From an uncultured Gammaproteobacteria bacterium (GTDB taxonomy: Bacteria > Pseudomonadota > Gammaproteobacteria > Steroidobacterales > Steroidobacteraceae): a stretch of DNA of 64,000 bases. Shown here piece after piece: positions 51,894 to 60,888 of the stretch; positions within the stretch are counted from its first letter, which is position 1, and every line of letters starts with the position of its first letter. The stretch covers positions 337,028-401,027 of the forward strand of contig CAVOFV010000001.1 of assembly GCA_963695085.1 (NCBI GenBank), in the 5' to 3' direction. A program made the position numbers and the translations under genes. The notes below the pieces were generated by a model, which was not told where the DNA came from, did not search any database, and was given only the letters and a program-made list of their open reading frames with translations.

Positions 51894-53132
51894 ATGCGGT
51901 TGCCCTGGCCACAAGACCCACACAGATTGAGTAGCCTGCCCGCCAGTTCCCTCGCCGCAACCGCCCTGGTTGCGTTGCTCGCCGTACTGCTGGCGTTGTT
52001 CGAGGCGGCGCTGACCTCGCTGACCAGGATCCGGCAGCCGCACGGCGTGCCACCCGCCGAGTCCGGCATGATCGCGCGCGTTGCGGCGGACCCGTCCCGC
52101 GCACGACGCGCCGCCGTCATCGTGCGCGTGACCCTGCTGGCCGCCATGCTGATGCTCGCCGCCGCCGGCTGGGCAGGCGGCTCGGCCTGGCCCGCCCTCG
52201 CGGCCGCCATCACGCTGTCGGTGCTGCACCTGCTGGAGCAGCAGGGCCAATTGCGGTTGTTCGGCGCCCGCGCGCCGTGGCTGGCGGCAGCGGCCGCCGC
52301 CGTGCTGGGTCCGTTGTCAACGCTGTTGCCGGCAGCCCGCCCGGGGGCCGCGGAGCCGGACGACCAGGCTTCGGCGGCCGGCGCGCTGGAGGACCTGGCC
52401 GACCTGTTCGCGACCGCGCCGGAAGACCGCCAGCGCATGGTGCAGGCATTGCTCGACCTGGAACAGTCCACGGTCGAGGACATCATGGTCCCGCGCAGTG
52501 ACGTCGTCGGCGTGGACCTGCGCGCCGACTGGGACGACATCATCAGCCTGCTGGCGCACACGCCGCACACGCGCTTGCCGCTGTACGACGGCGACCTGCA
52601 GCACGTGATCGGCGTGTTGCACATGAAGCGCATCGCCAACGAACTGGCATCCGGCCGGCTGACCCGTGCGCGCCTGCGGGAACTGGCCGGTCGCCGCGAG
52701 ACATTCTTCATCCCCGAAGGCACCAATCTGCAGGCCCAGCTGATGGCATTCCGCAAGCTGCGGCGCCGGATAGCCTTTGTGGTGGACGAATACGGCGACG
52801 TGCTCGGGCTGGTGGCGCTCGAGGACATCCTCGAGGAGATCGTCGGCGAGTTCACGACCCAGCCGGGCTCGCAGCAACGCCACATCCAGGCGCAGGCCGA
52901 CGGCAGTTTCCTCGTGACCGGCAGCGCTGCCGTCCGCGGGCTCAACAAGGCGCTGGGCTGGAACCTGCCGACCGACGGCCCGAAGACCCTGTCGGGCCTG
53001 ATCGTCGAGTGCCTCGAGACGATTCCCGGGCGCGGCACTCGCCTGCAGCTCGGCGCGCATCGCGTCGAAATCCTGCAGGTCGGCGACAACATGGTGCGCA
53101 CGGCCCGCGTGTGGCCGGCCGCAGAGGATTGA
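51894..53132 (+). CDS. corB: CNNM/CorB-family (DUF21 + CBS pair) putative Mg/Co efflux protein
   Basis: N-terminal TM (DUF21) region, then CBS-pair blocks (VEDIMVPRSDVVGVD, IAFVVDEYGDVLGLVALEDILEEIVGEF). Confidence 0.82.
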   Translation: MRLPWPQDPHRLSSLPASSLAATALVALLAVLLALFEAALTSLTRIRQPHGVPPAESGMIARVAADPSRARRAAVIVRVTLLAAMLMLAAAGWAGGSAWPALAAAITLSVLHLLEQQGQLRLFGARAPWLAAAAAAVLGPLSTLLPAARPGAAEPDDQASAAGALEDLADLFATAPEDRQRMVQALLDLEQSTVEDIMVPRSDVVGVDLRADWDDIISLLAHTPHTRLPLYDGDLQHVIGVLHMKRIANELASGRLTRARLRELAGRRETFFIPEGTNLQAQLMAFRKLRRRIAFVVDEYGDVLGLVALEDILEEIVGEFTTQPGSQQRHIQAQADGSFLVTGSAAVRGLNKALGWNLPTDGPKTLSGLIVECLETIPGRGTRLQLGAHRVEILQVGDNMVRTARVWPAAED

Positions 53133-53197
53133 TCCGGCCACGACGCGCTGCCGGCGTCATTCTGCGGGGGGCCGGCGCCGGCGGGGCGCGCACGCGA

Positions 53198-54553
53198 TCA
53201 CTTCAGCGCCGCGACCGCCTCCGACAGCCTGGTGACGCCCGTCACCTGCATGCCTTCCATGCGCTTGCGCGGCTCGTTGGCGCGCGGCACGACGGCGCGC
53301 CGGAAGCCGTGCTTGGCGGCCTCTCGCAAGCGTTCCTCGCCGAACGGGACGGGCCGGATCTCGCCGGCCAGGCCGACCTCCCCGAAACTGACCAGTTCCT
53401 GCGGCAAGGCCCGGTTTTCGAGGCTGGACAGGGCGGCCAGCAGGACCGGCAGGTCGGCGGCCGTCTCCCCCAGGCGCACGCCGCCGACCACGTTGACGAA
53501 CACGTCGTGGCTGTGCAGCGCCAGGCCGGCGTGACGATGCAGCACCGCCAGCAGCATGGCGACGCGGTTGGCGTCGAGCCCCACTGCGACGCGCCGCGGG
53601 TTGGCAGCGTTGCTCGCGTCCACCAGCGCCTGCACCTCGATGAGCATCTGCCGCGTGCCCTCGCGGGCGACCGTGACGACCGAACCGGCGACCGGTTCCT
53701 CGTGGCGGGACAGGAAGATCGCCGACGGATTCCGCACTTCCTGGAGGCCGTGCTCGCCCATCGCGAACACGCCGATCTCGTTGGCCGCGCCAAACCGGTT
53801 CTTGACCGCGCGAACGATGCGGTAGCGGCTGCCGGAATCGCTCTCGAAGTACAGCACCGCATCCACCATGTGCTCGAGCACGCGCGGCCCGGCGATGACG
53901 CCTTCCTTGGTGACGTGGCCGATCAGCAGCACGGCGGCACCGGACCGCTTGGCGTGCCCGACCAGCCGCGCGGCGCATTCCCGCAGCTGCGACACCGAGC
54001 CAGCGGCGGACTCGACGGAATCCGCGGTCATGGTCTGGATCGAATCGATGACGAGCACCCGCGTGCCCGCGGCGGCGGCCTGCTCGAGCACGCTCTCGAC
54101 GGCAGTTTCCGCAAGCAGCTGCAGCGGCGCAGCGGCCACGCCCAGGCGCTGCGCCCGCAGCCCGACCTGCCGCACTGACTCCTCGCCGGTCGCATACAGC
54201 ACCGGGACGTCCGCGGCGAGTGCGGCGCCGGCCTGCAGCAGCAGCGTGGACTTGCCGATGCCGGGCTCGCCGCCGATCAGCGTCACCGAGCCCGCGACGA
54301 GCCCGCCGCCCAGCACCCGGTCGAATTCCGCGAGGCCGGTCTCGAGCCGCGGCGCGTCCTCGGCCGCGACTTCCGCCATGCCGCGGGCGGCTTGCCCGCC
54401 GGACGCCCGGGCCGTGCGATGGCGCCGCTCGGCGGCGGGTGGATGATATGCGCTCAGCGTGTTCCACTCGCTGCAGGCCGGGCACTGGCCCTGCCAGCGG
54501 GGCGAGTCGGAACCGCAACTGGAGCACACGAAGACGGTGCGGGTCTTGGCCAT
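53198..54553 (-). CDS. radA: DNA repair protein RadA (Sms)
   Basis: Zinc finger CSSCGSDSPRWQGQCPACSEWN, Walker A GGEPGIGKSTLLLQ, the KNRFG motif and a Lon-like C-terminus. Confidence 0.95.
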   Translation of the reverse strand: MAKTRTVFVCSSCGSDSPRWQGQCPACSEWNTLSAYHPPAAERRHRTARASGGQAARGMAEVAAEDAPRLETGLAEFDRVLGGGLVAGSVTLIGGEPGIGKSTLLLQAGAALAADVPVLYATGEESVRQVGLRAQRLGVAAAPLQLLAETAVESVLEQAAAAGTRVLVIDSIQTMTADSVESAAGSVSQLRECAARLVGHAKRSGAAVLLIGHVTKEGVIAGPRVLEHMVDAVLYFESDSGSRYRIVRAVKNRFGAANEIGVFAMGEHGLQEVRNPSAIFLSRHEEPVAGSVVTVAREGTRQMLIEVQALVDASNAANPRRVAVGLDANRVAMLLAVLHRHAGLALHSHDVFVNVVGGVRLGETAADLPVLLAALSSLENRALPQELVSFGEVGLAGEIRPVPFGEERLREAAKHGFRRAVVPRANEPRKRMEGMQVTGVTRLSEAVAALK

Positions 54554-54697
54554 GGGTGAGCGTCTTCAGGGGTCACGGATGCTAGCACGCGCCCCGGCCG
54601 GACTGCGCCGTGGTTCAAGGAACGGGCTGCAAGTCCTTGGAAATGTTGCTCAAGAGGTTTCGGAACCGCCGTCATCCGACTATCATTCCGGGATGTT

Positions 54698-55723
54698 GTG
54701 CCACAACCCCGGGTGTTGCGCGTGACGGGCGGGTCTAGCCTGGGCCGTTGGCTGCGTCGTTCCACCGCAGGCGACACCGCTCGCCAGGACCGGTCCGGGA
54801 AAGGCAACCAGCCCGGCTTCGAGGCACGGGCGGAAGCGCTCGAAACAGGCCAACGCGCGGCATCCAGCGCTGCGCTCACCCCCGGCCAGTTGTTCGGCCC
54901 GTACCGGGTCGAGAAGGAAGTCGGACGCGGCGCGATGGCGGCCGTGTACCGCTGCACGGACGAGCGCGACGGGCGCATCATCGCGCTCAAGGTTCTCTCG
55001 CTCGGCGACGACTGGCCTGAAGACCGGCTCGAGGAAGCCAAGTTGCGACTGCAGCGCGAAGCGGAAGCCACGGCGCGCATCCAGCATCCTGACATCGTGG
55101 ACGTGTATGAAGCCGGCGAGTACGACGGGCTCGTGTACCTCACCATGGAGTTCGTCGAGGGCGTCAGCCTGACGACGCATACCCGGCAGGGCGCGCTGCT
55201 GCCGCCGCGCATGGTGACCGAAATGTGCGCACGGGTGGCGGATGCGCTGCACTTCGCGCACCAGCGCGGCATCATGCACCGCGACATCAAGCCGGCCAAC
55301 ATCGTCTTCGACCAGAAGAACCGGCGCATTCGCGTCATGGACTTCGGCGTGGCGCGCTTTGCCGACAGTCAGGCCACGCGCACCGGCATCGTGCTGGGCT
55401 CGCCGTCCTACCTGACGCCCGAACAGCTCGACGGCCGCAAGGTCGTGCCGCAATCGGACCTGTTTTCGCTTGGCGTTTCGCTGTTCCAGCTGCTGACCGG
55501 CCAGCTGCCGTTCCGCGCCGATTCGATGCCGTCGCTCATGCATCGCATTGCGGTCGAACCGCACCCGCCGCTGCGGACGATCCGGCCCGACCTGCCGGAC
55601 TCCCTGGCCCGGATCATCGACATCGCCTTGCGCAAGGATCCCGACGCGCGGTTCGCGTCCGGCGCCGACATGGCCCAGGCGCTGCGCGACTGCGGCCGCA
55701 CCATCAGCCCGAGCCTGCGCTGA
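54698..55723 (+). CDS. Hanks-type serine/threonine protein kinase, soluble, kinase domain only
   Basis: GRGAMAAVY...ALKVL, catalytic loop HRDIKPANIVF, VMDFGVARF and GSPSYLTPEQ. No TM segment. The start is uncertain (GTG 54698 taken from the ORF track). Confidence 0.88.
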   Translation: MPQPRVLRVTGGSSLGRWLRRSTAGDTARQDRSGKGNQPGFEARAEALETGQRAASSAALTPGQLFGPYRVEKEVGRGAMAAVYRCTDERDGRIIALKVLSLGDDWPEDRLEEAKLRLQREAEATARIQHPDIVDVYEAGEYDGLVYLTMEFVEGVSLTTHTRQGALLPPRMVTEMCARVADALHFAHQRGIMHRDIKPANIVFDQKNRRIRVMDFGVARFADSQATRTGIVLGSPSYLTPEQLDGRKVVPQSDLFSLGVSLFQLLTGQLPFRADSMPSLMHRIAVEPHPPLRTIRPDLPDSLARIIDIALRKDPDARFASGADMAQALRDCGRTISPSLR

Positions 55724-56559
55724 TGGGCCGCTACATGACGCTCAAGAGCAGGCTGAGATCGGTGGGTCTCACGGATACCGGCAAGGTCCGCGAGCACAAC
55801 GAAGACTCGATCGCCATGGACGCCGACATCGGCCTGTTCGTGCTGGCCGACGGCATGGGCGGCTACAACGCCGGCGAGGTCGCGAGCGGCATTGCGGTCA
55901 AGACCATCATGAATCTCGTGCGCGAGGCCTATGCGATCCAGGACCTGAGCGGCACCGACAAGGCGACCGGACTGAGCCGGCCGGCCGTCATCCTGCGGGA
56001 TGCCATCGCGCGCGCCAACAAGATCATCCACCACACGGCCAAGAGCCAGGAACAGTGCGAGGGCATGGGCACGACCATCGTGGCCGGCCTGTTCCACGAC
56101 AACCGCGTGATCATTGCGCACGTCGGCGACTCACGCATGTACCGCCTGCGGGGCGACCGGTTCGAGCAGGTCACGATGGACCACTCCCTGTTGCAGGAAC
56201 TGGTCGACCGGGGTTTTTACACGCCGGAAGAGGCCCAGCGGGTCACAAACAAGAACTATGTGACGCGCGCCCTCGGCGTGGAGGCTTCGGCCGATATAGA
56301 AATACATGAAGAGCCGGTGCATCGCGGAGATTTCCTCGTGCTGTGCTCGGACGGCCTGAGCGACATGGTCGAGGACGAGGATATTCACTTAACAATCAGT
56401 ACTTTTGGTGTAAATCTTGATACTGTGTCGAAGCAACTGGTGCAGTTGGCCAACGACAATGGCGGTCGGGACAATATCTCGGTCATGCTGATACAGGTCC
56501 TCGACCTGTTCCCCGCCAGAAAGGGCATACTTGACAGAATACTGGCCTGGTTCGGCTAA
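55723..56559 (+). CDS. PP2C-family Ser/Thr protein phosphatase
   Basis: REHNEDS, ADGMGGYNAGEVAS, SDGLSDMV and GGRDNISVMLIQV. The ATG overlaps the kinase TGA by 1 nt. Confidence 0.9.
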   Translation: MGRYMTLKSRLRSVGLTDTGKVREHNEDSIAMDADIGLFVLADGMGGYNAGEVASGIAVKTIMNLVREAYAIQDLSGTDKATGLSRPAVILRDAIARANKIIHHTAKSQEQCEGMGTTIVAGLFHDNRVIIAHVGDSRMYRLRGDRFEQVTMDHSLLQELVDRGFYTPEEAQRVTNKNYVTRALGVEASADIEIHEEPVHRGDFLVLCSDGLSDMVEDEDIHLTISTFGVNLDTVSKQLVQLANDNGGRDNISVMLIQVLDLFPARKGILDRILAWFG

Positions 56560-56577
56560 ATTGCGGCGAGGATACCC

Positions 56578-57270
56578 ATGGCGCGCTTGATCTTGAGTCT
56601 CGATGGCCAGGTACTGGCCGAATACAACATGACGAAGGAGCGATACACGCTGGGCCGGCTCCCGGACAACGACGTGCGGCTGGACAACCCGGCGGTCAGC
56701 GGTCACCACGGGCTGATCATCAACATCCTGAACGACTCGTTTCTCGAGGACCTGAACAGCACCAACGGGACCTACGTCAACGGCAAGCTGATCAAGAAAC
56801 ACGCCCTGCAGCACGGCGACGTCGTGACCATCGGGCACCACCACCTGCGCTTCGTGGACAGCCAGGAAGTGGACGCCGACGACGAGTTCGAGCGGACCAT
56901 GGTCATCGGTCCGGGACAAGTCGACGAAGAGCGGCTGCTGGCAGCGGTTGCGGCCAGGCCCGCCGCAGCACCGGCCGCCGCCGCCACCCGCCAGGCGCCG
57001 CTCGCCGCCAAGCTGCAGGTGCTGTCCGGGCAGTTTGCGGGACGCGAGCTGGTTCTGGCCAAGGCGTTGACCACGCTGGGCCGACCCGGCATCCAGGTCG
57101 CGGCCATCACCCGGCGTGCAGACGGCTACGCAATCGTGCACGTAGAAAGCGCCAGGCCGGGAGACTACCCGCTGGTCAACGGCCAGCGGATCGGCCCGCA
57201 GGCCCGCCGGCTGTCGGACAACGATGTCATCACGCTGGCCGGCGTCAAGATGGGGTTCTTCGAAGGCTGA
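56578..57270 (+). CDS. FHA-domain protein (N-terminal FHA, Ala/Pro linker, C-terminal FHA-like domain)
   Basis: YTLGRLPDNDVRLDNPAVSGHHGLI...STNGTYVNGKLI is a canonical FHA. The second half, LGRPG...VNGQRIG...ITLAGVKMGF, is FHA-like but lacks the SxxH motif. GAGGA Shine-Dalgarno sequence upstream. Confidence 0.85.
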   Translation: MARLILSLDGQVLAEYNMTKERYTLGRLPDNDVRLDNPAVSGHHGLIINILNDSFLEDLNSTNGTYVNGKLIKKHALQHGDVVTIGHHHLRFVDSQEVDADDEFERTMVIGPGQVDEERLLAAVAARPAAAPAAAATRQAPLAAKLQVLSGQFAGRELVLAKALTTLGRPGIQVAAITRRADGYAIVHVESARPGDYPLVNGQRIGPQARRLSDNDVITLAGVKMGFFEG

Positions 57271-57399
57271 CCCCGACCGTCAGGGCTGACCCGGGACCCG
57301 GCCTCAGCGCCGGGTTCGTGCCGTGCGGTCATGGCGACTGGCGCAGGGCCAGGCAGGCCTCGTACGCCTCCTGGCACGAGGCACCCGCCATGCAGGATG

Positions 57400-57810
57400 T
57401 TACGTTCCCCGCAAGGCCTCGGCGACCCGCAACAAACGCGACCTGGCCTCGCCGCCGACCTCGCGCAGCACGGCCGACGTTGCAAGGTCGCCGACGGTCA
57501 TCATGACGCCCGGATCGGCAATGCGCACGACCGCCGACCCAGGGGTCGTCTCCTCCACGGTGACATTGCACGGCAGCATCAGGCCCACGTCTGCGCGCGC
57601 CGCAAGCGCCTTGTGCGCCAGCGCCGGATTGCAGGCGCCCAGGATCACGTAGGGCCTGAATTCGACGCCGATCTTCTTCTTCAGCGTCTCCTGCACGTCG
57701 ATGCGCGTCAGTACGCCGAAACCCTCCACCTGCAGCGCCTGCGTCACGCGGTCTATCGCTGCATCCAGCGGCAGCCGCAACGTTGCCTCCAGTTCCGTTT
57801 GGTTCATCAT
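57400..57810 (-). CDS. DUF302-domain protein
   Basis: 136 aa. FGVLTRIDVQETLKKKIGVEFRPYVILGACNP is typical of DUF302. Confidence 0.75.
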   Translation of the reverse strand: MMNQTELEATLRLPLDAAIDRVTQALQVEGFGVLTRIDVQETLKKKIGVEFRPYVILGACNPALAHKALAARADVGLMLPCNVTVEETTPGSAVVRIADPGVMMTVGDLATSAVLREVGGEARSRLLRVAEALRGT

Positions 57811-57846
57811 GCTGTCTCCCCTGCAGTTGGCGGCGAGCTGCCGCGA

Positions 57847-58923
57847 TCAGCGCACGTCGAGGTGCACGCGCTGACTGACGTTGCAGATCAGTTCGTACGG
57901 AATCGTACCGGCGCCACGGGCGATGTCCTCGACCGGCAGGCCGGCGCCCCACAGCGTCACCGGGTCACCCACGGAAACCTGCGGCAGGGTCGTGACGTCG
58001 ACGGCAATCATGTCCATGGATACGCGCCCGCACAGCGCCGCCTGGTGTCCGTTGACCAGCACTGGCGTGCCGGACGCCGTATTGCGCGGGTAACCGTCGC
58101 CATAGCCGGCCGCGGCGATCGCCATCCGCGTGGGCTGCCCGGCGCGCCACTCGCCGCCGTAGCCGACCCGTTCGCCCGCAGCGACATCCTTGACGGCCAC
58201 CACGCGCGTCGTCAGCGTCATCGCCGGCTTCAGGCCGAGCTCGGCCGCGCTTCGATCCTGAAACGGCGAGACGCCGTACAGCATCAGCCCGGGCCGCACC
58301 CAGTCGCCGCGCGCCCGCGCACAGGCAATCGTGGCAGCCGAATTGGCGATGCTGCGTTCGCCGGGGACGCCCGCGGTCAGGCGATCGAACAGGTCGAGCT
58401 GCGCGCGGGTGACCTCGCCGCTGCGCTCGTCGGCACAGGCCAGGTGGGTGACGAGGGTCAGCGGCCTGGCGACGGCGGCGCAGGCCTCGAGGCGCGCCAG
58501 CGCGCCCGGCACCTGTTCCGGCCTGAAGCCAAGGCGGTTCATTCCGGTATCGACCTTCAACCAGATGCTGAAGCGCGCCTCGCCACGGTTGCCTTCCAGC
58601 AGCGCCAGCTGCGCTGCATCGTGCACCATGATGTCGAAGCCGTAGTGTGCTGCCTGCGCCAGCTCCTCCGCAGCGAACACGCCTTCCAGCAGCAGGATGC
58701 GATGCCGCAGGCCGGCCGCACGCAGGGCGATTCCCTCGCCGAGGCGGGCCACCGCAAAGCCGTCGGCGCCGGCCAGCGCGACGGCGGACGGCACGATGCC
58801 ATGGCCGTAGGCGTTGGCCTTGATCACCGCCAGGACACGGCTGCCGGGCGCGATTTCGCGCACGCGCGCCAGGTTGTGGCGCAGCGCGGTGGTGTCGACG
58901 ATGGCACGGATGATCGGCGTCAT
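57847..58923 (-). CDS. alr: Alanine racemase
   Basis: PLP-Lys motif AVIKANAYGHG and C-terminal GTIPYELICNVSQRV. The ATG at 58923 is preferred over 58950, which would overlap dnaB. Confidence 0.93.
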   Translation of the reverse strand: MTPIIRAIVDTTALRHNLARVREIAPGSRVLAVIKANAYGHGIVPSAVALAGADGFAVARLGEGIALRAAGLRHRILLLEGVFAAEELAQAAHYGFDIMVHDAAQLALLEGNRGEARFSIWLKVDTGMNRLGFRPEQVPGALARLEACAAVARPLTLVTHLACADERSGEVTRAQLDLFDRLTAGVPGERSIANSAATIACARARGDWVRPGLMLYGVSPFQDRSAAELGLKPAMTLTTRVVAVKDVAAGERVGYGGEWRAGQPTRMAIAAAGYGDGYPRNTASGTPVLVNGHQAALCGRVSMDMIAVDVTTLPQVSVGDPVTLWGAGLPVEDIARGAGTIPYELICNVSQRVHLDVR

Positions 58924-58930
58924 GCCGCGT

Positions 58931-60325
58931 TCAAAACACGCCTTCGCCATAGGACTCGGCCACCAGGTTCTCGAAGCGCGTGTACTCGCCGAGGAACGTC
59001 AGGTGCACCTCGCCGATCGGGCCGTTGCGCTGCTTGGCGATGATGATGTCGGCAATGCCCTTGCGCGTGGTGTTGGACTCGTACACTTCCTCGCGGTAGA
59101 TCATCATGATGACGTCCGCGTCCTGCTCGATGGCGCCCGATTCGCGCAGGTCCGACATGACCGGCCGTTTTTCGCTGCGTTGCTCCACGCTGCGGTTGAG
59201 CTGCGACAACGCCACCACCGGGACCTGCAATTCCTTGGCCAGCGCCTTGAGGCCGCGCGAAATCTCCGAGATCTCGGTCGCGCGGTTCTCCTTGGTCCCC
59301 GCCACCTGCATCAACTGCAGGTAGTCCACCACGACCAGGCCCAGCCCGTGCTCGCGCTTGAGCCGCCGCGCGCGGGCGCGCACCTCGGTCGGCGTCAGCG
59401 ACGGCGTCTCGTCCACGTACAGTGGCGCGGAAGACAGCTGCGCAATTGCGCCGTTGATGCGCGACCAGTCCTCATCCGTGCACTGGCCGGTGCGCAGGTG
59501 CGTCTGGTTGACGCGACCCAGCGAGGAGATCAGCCGCAGGGTCAGCTGTTCGGACGACATCTCCATCGAGAAGATGGCGGACGGCACGCCCTTGCCGACC
59601 GCGGCGTTCTCCGCGATGTTGACCGCCAGCGTGGTCTTGCCCATCGACGGGCGGCCCGCGATGACCACCAGATCGCCCGGCTGCAAGCCGGTCGTTATGC
59701 GATCGAGGTCCGCGAAGCCGGTCGCGACGCCGGTCAGCGTACCCGGCGACTGGTGCAGCATGTCCAGCCGGTCCACGGTCGCTGGCAGGACGTCCTTGAT
59801 CGACTGGAATCCCATGCGCGAGCGCGTGCCGCGCTCGGCAATCTCGAACACGCGCCGCTCGGCCTCGTCCACCAGCTCCGTGGCCGGCCGGCCACCGCCC
59901 TCGTGCACGGACGAGGAAATCTGCGCGCCGGCTTCGGCCAGCTGGCGCAGGATCGAGCGCTCGCGGACGATTTCAGCGTAGCTGCGCACGTTCGCTGCGC
60001 TGGGCGTGTCGCGCGCCAGCGTGCCCAGATACGCAAGGCCGCCCGTCTCCTCCGCCAGGCCCTTGCGCTCGAGTTGCTCGGACACGGTGACGGCGTCGCA
60101 GGGACCGCGCCGCTCGACGACCTCGGCAATGGTCTCGAAGATCAGCCGGTGGTCGCGCCGGTAGAAATCGGCCGCAGTCACGATGTCTGCGACGGCGTCC
60201 CAGGCGTTGGAGTCCAGCATGAGGCCGCCGAGCACGGACTGCTCGGCCTCGACCGAGTGAGGCGGGGTACGGATCGCGTCGGTGCCGCCGCGGTCCGCGC
60301 TGCGCGGCCTTTGAGCAACTGCCAT
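58931..60325 (-). CDS. dnaB: Replicative DNA helicase DnaB
   Basis: PPHSVEAEQSVLGGLM, Walker A GRPSMGKTTLAVNIA and VVVDYLQLM. Confidence 0.96.
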   Translation of the reverse strand: MAVAQRPRSADRGGTDAIRTPPHSVEAEQSVLGGLMLDSNAWDAVADIVTAADFYRRDHRLIFETIAEVVERRGPCDAVTVSEQLERKGLAEETGGLAYLGTLARDTPSAANVRSYAEIVRERSILRQLAEAGAQISSSVHEGGGRPATELVDEAERRVFEIAERGTRSRMGFQSIKDVLPATVDRLDMLHQSPGTLTGVATGFADLDRITTGLQPGDLVVIAGRPSMGKTTLAVNIAENAAVGKGVPSAIFSMEMSSEQLTLRLISSLGRVNQTHLRTGQCTDEDWSRINGAIAQLSSAPLYVDETPSLTPTEVRARARRLKREHGLGLVVVDYLQLMQVAGTKENRATEISEISRGLKALAKELQVPVVALSQLNRSVEQRSEKRPVMSDLRESGAIEQDADVIMMIYREEVYESNTTRKGIADIIIAKQRNGPIGEVHLTFLGEYTRFENLVAESYGEGVF

Positions 60326-60372
60326 GGCTTCTTCCAGCGGCGCGCCGGCGGGCGGCGCGCCTGTACGGCAGT

Positions 60373-60822
60373 CTACTCTTCGGCGACGACCGTCAACATG
60401 ACTTCGACGTCGACGTCCGCGTGCAGGTGCAACAGGATGGTGTGCTCGCCGACCAAACGGATCGGCCCACCGTGCAGGCGCACTTCGGCGCGTTCCACCG
60501 GGTGACCAGCCGCCGCGCAGGCCTCGGCGATATCGGCGGTGCCGATCGAGCCGAACAGCTTGCCCTCGCTGCCGGCCTTGGCCGTCAGCGTCAGCGCCAG
60601 GCCGCTCATCTGGGCCGCACGGGTCTGGGAGCCTGCGAGGTCGTTGGCGGCCTTGATCTCGAGCTCGGCGCGCCGTGCCTCGAAGGCGGCCACGTGCGCG
60701 GGCGTCGCCAGCGTCGCCCTGCCGCTCGGCAGCAGGTAATTGCGGCCGAAGCCGGACTTGACCTTGACCCGGTCGCCGATGTTCCCGACGTTGGCGACCT
60801 TCTGCAGGAGGATGACTTCCAT
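60373..60822 (-). CDS. rplI: 50S ribosomal protein L9
   Basis: [32 protein letters not shown]. Confidence 0.97.
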   Translation of the reverse strand: MEVILLQKVANVGNIGDRVKVKSGFGRNYLLPSGRATLATPAHVAAFEARRAELEIKAANDLAGSQTRAAQMSGLALTLTAKAGSEGKLFGSIGTADIAEACAAAGHPVERAEVRLHGGPIRLVGEHTILLHLHADVDVEVMLTVVAEE

Positions 60823-60888
60823 GATTGCACCGTGTTGATTACAGACTCTCGATGATTGATCCGGGACGTCTCCCGGCCCTGCCGGCCA

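Noticed and set aside
54698-57270. Kinase/PP2C/FHA cassette as part of a type VI secretion locus
   Set aside because: No Tss/Hcp/VgrG-like gene occurs anywhere in the 64-kb window. A link to a distant T6SS cannot be assessed from this sequence.
60340-60362. GC palindrome ggcgcgcc-ggcgggc-ggcgcgcc between rplI and dnaB as a terminator or attenuator
   Set aside because: No U-tract follows on the transcribed strand, and dnaB is expected to be co-transcribed. This is insufficient evidence for a functional element.
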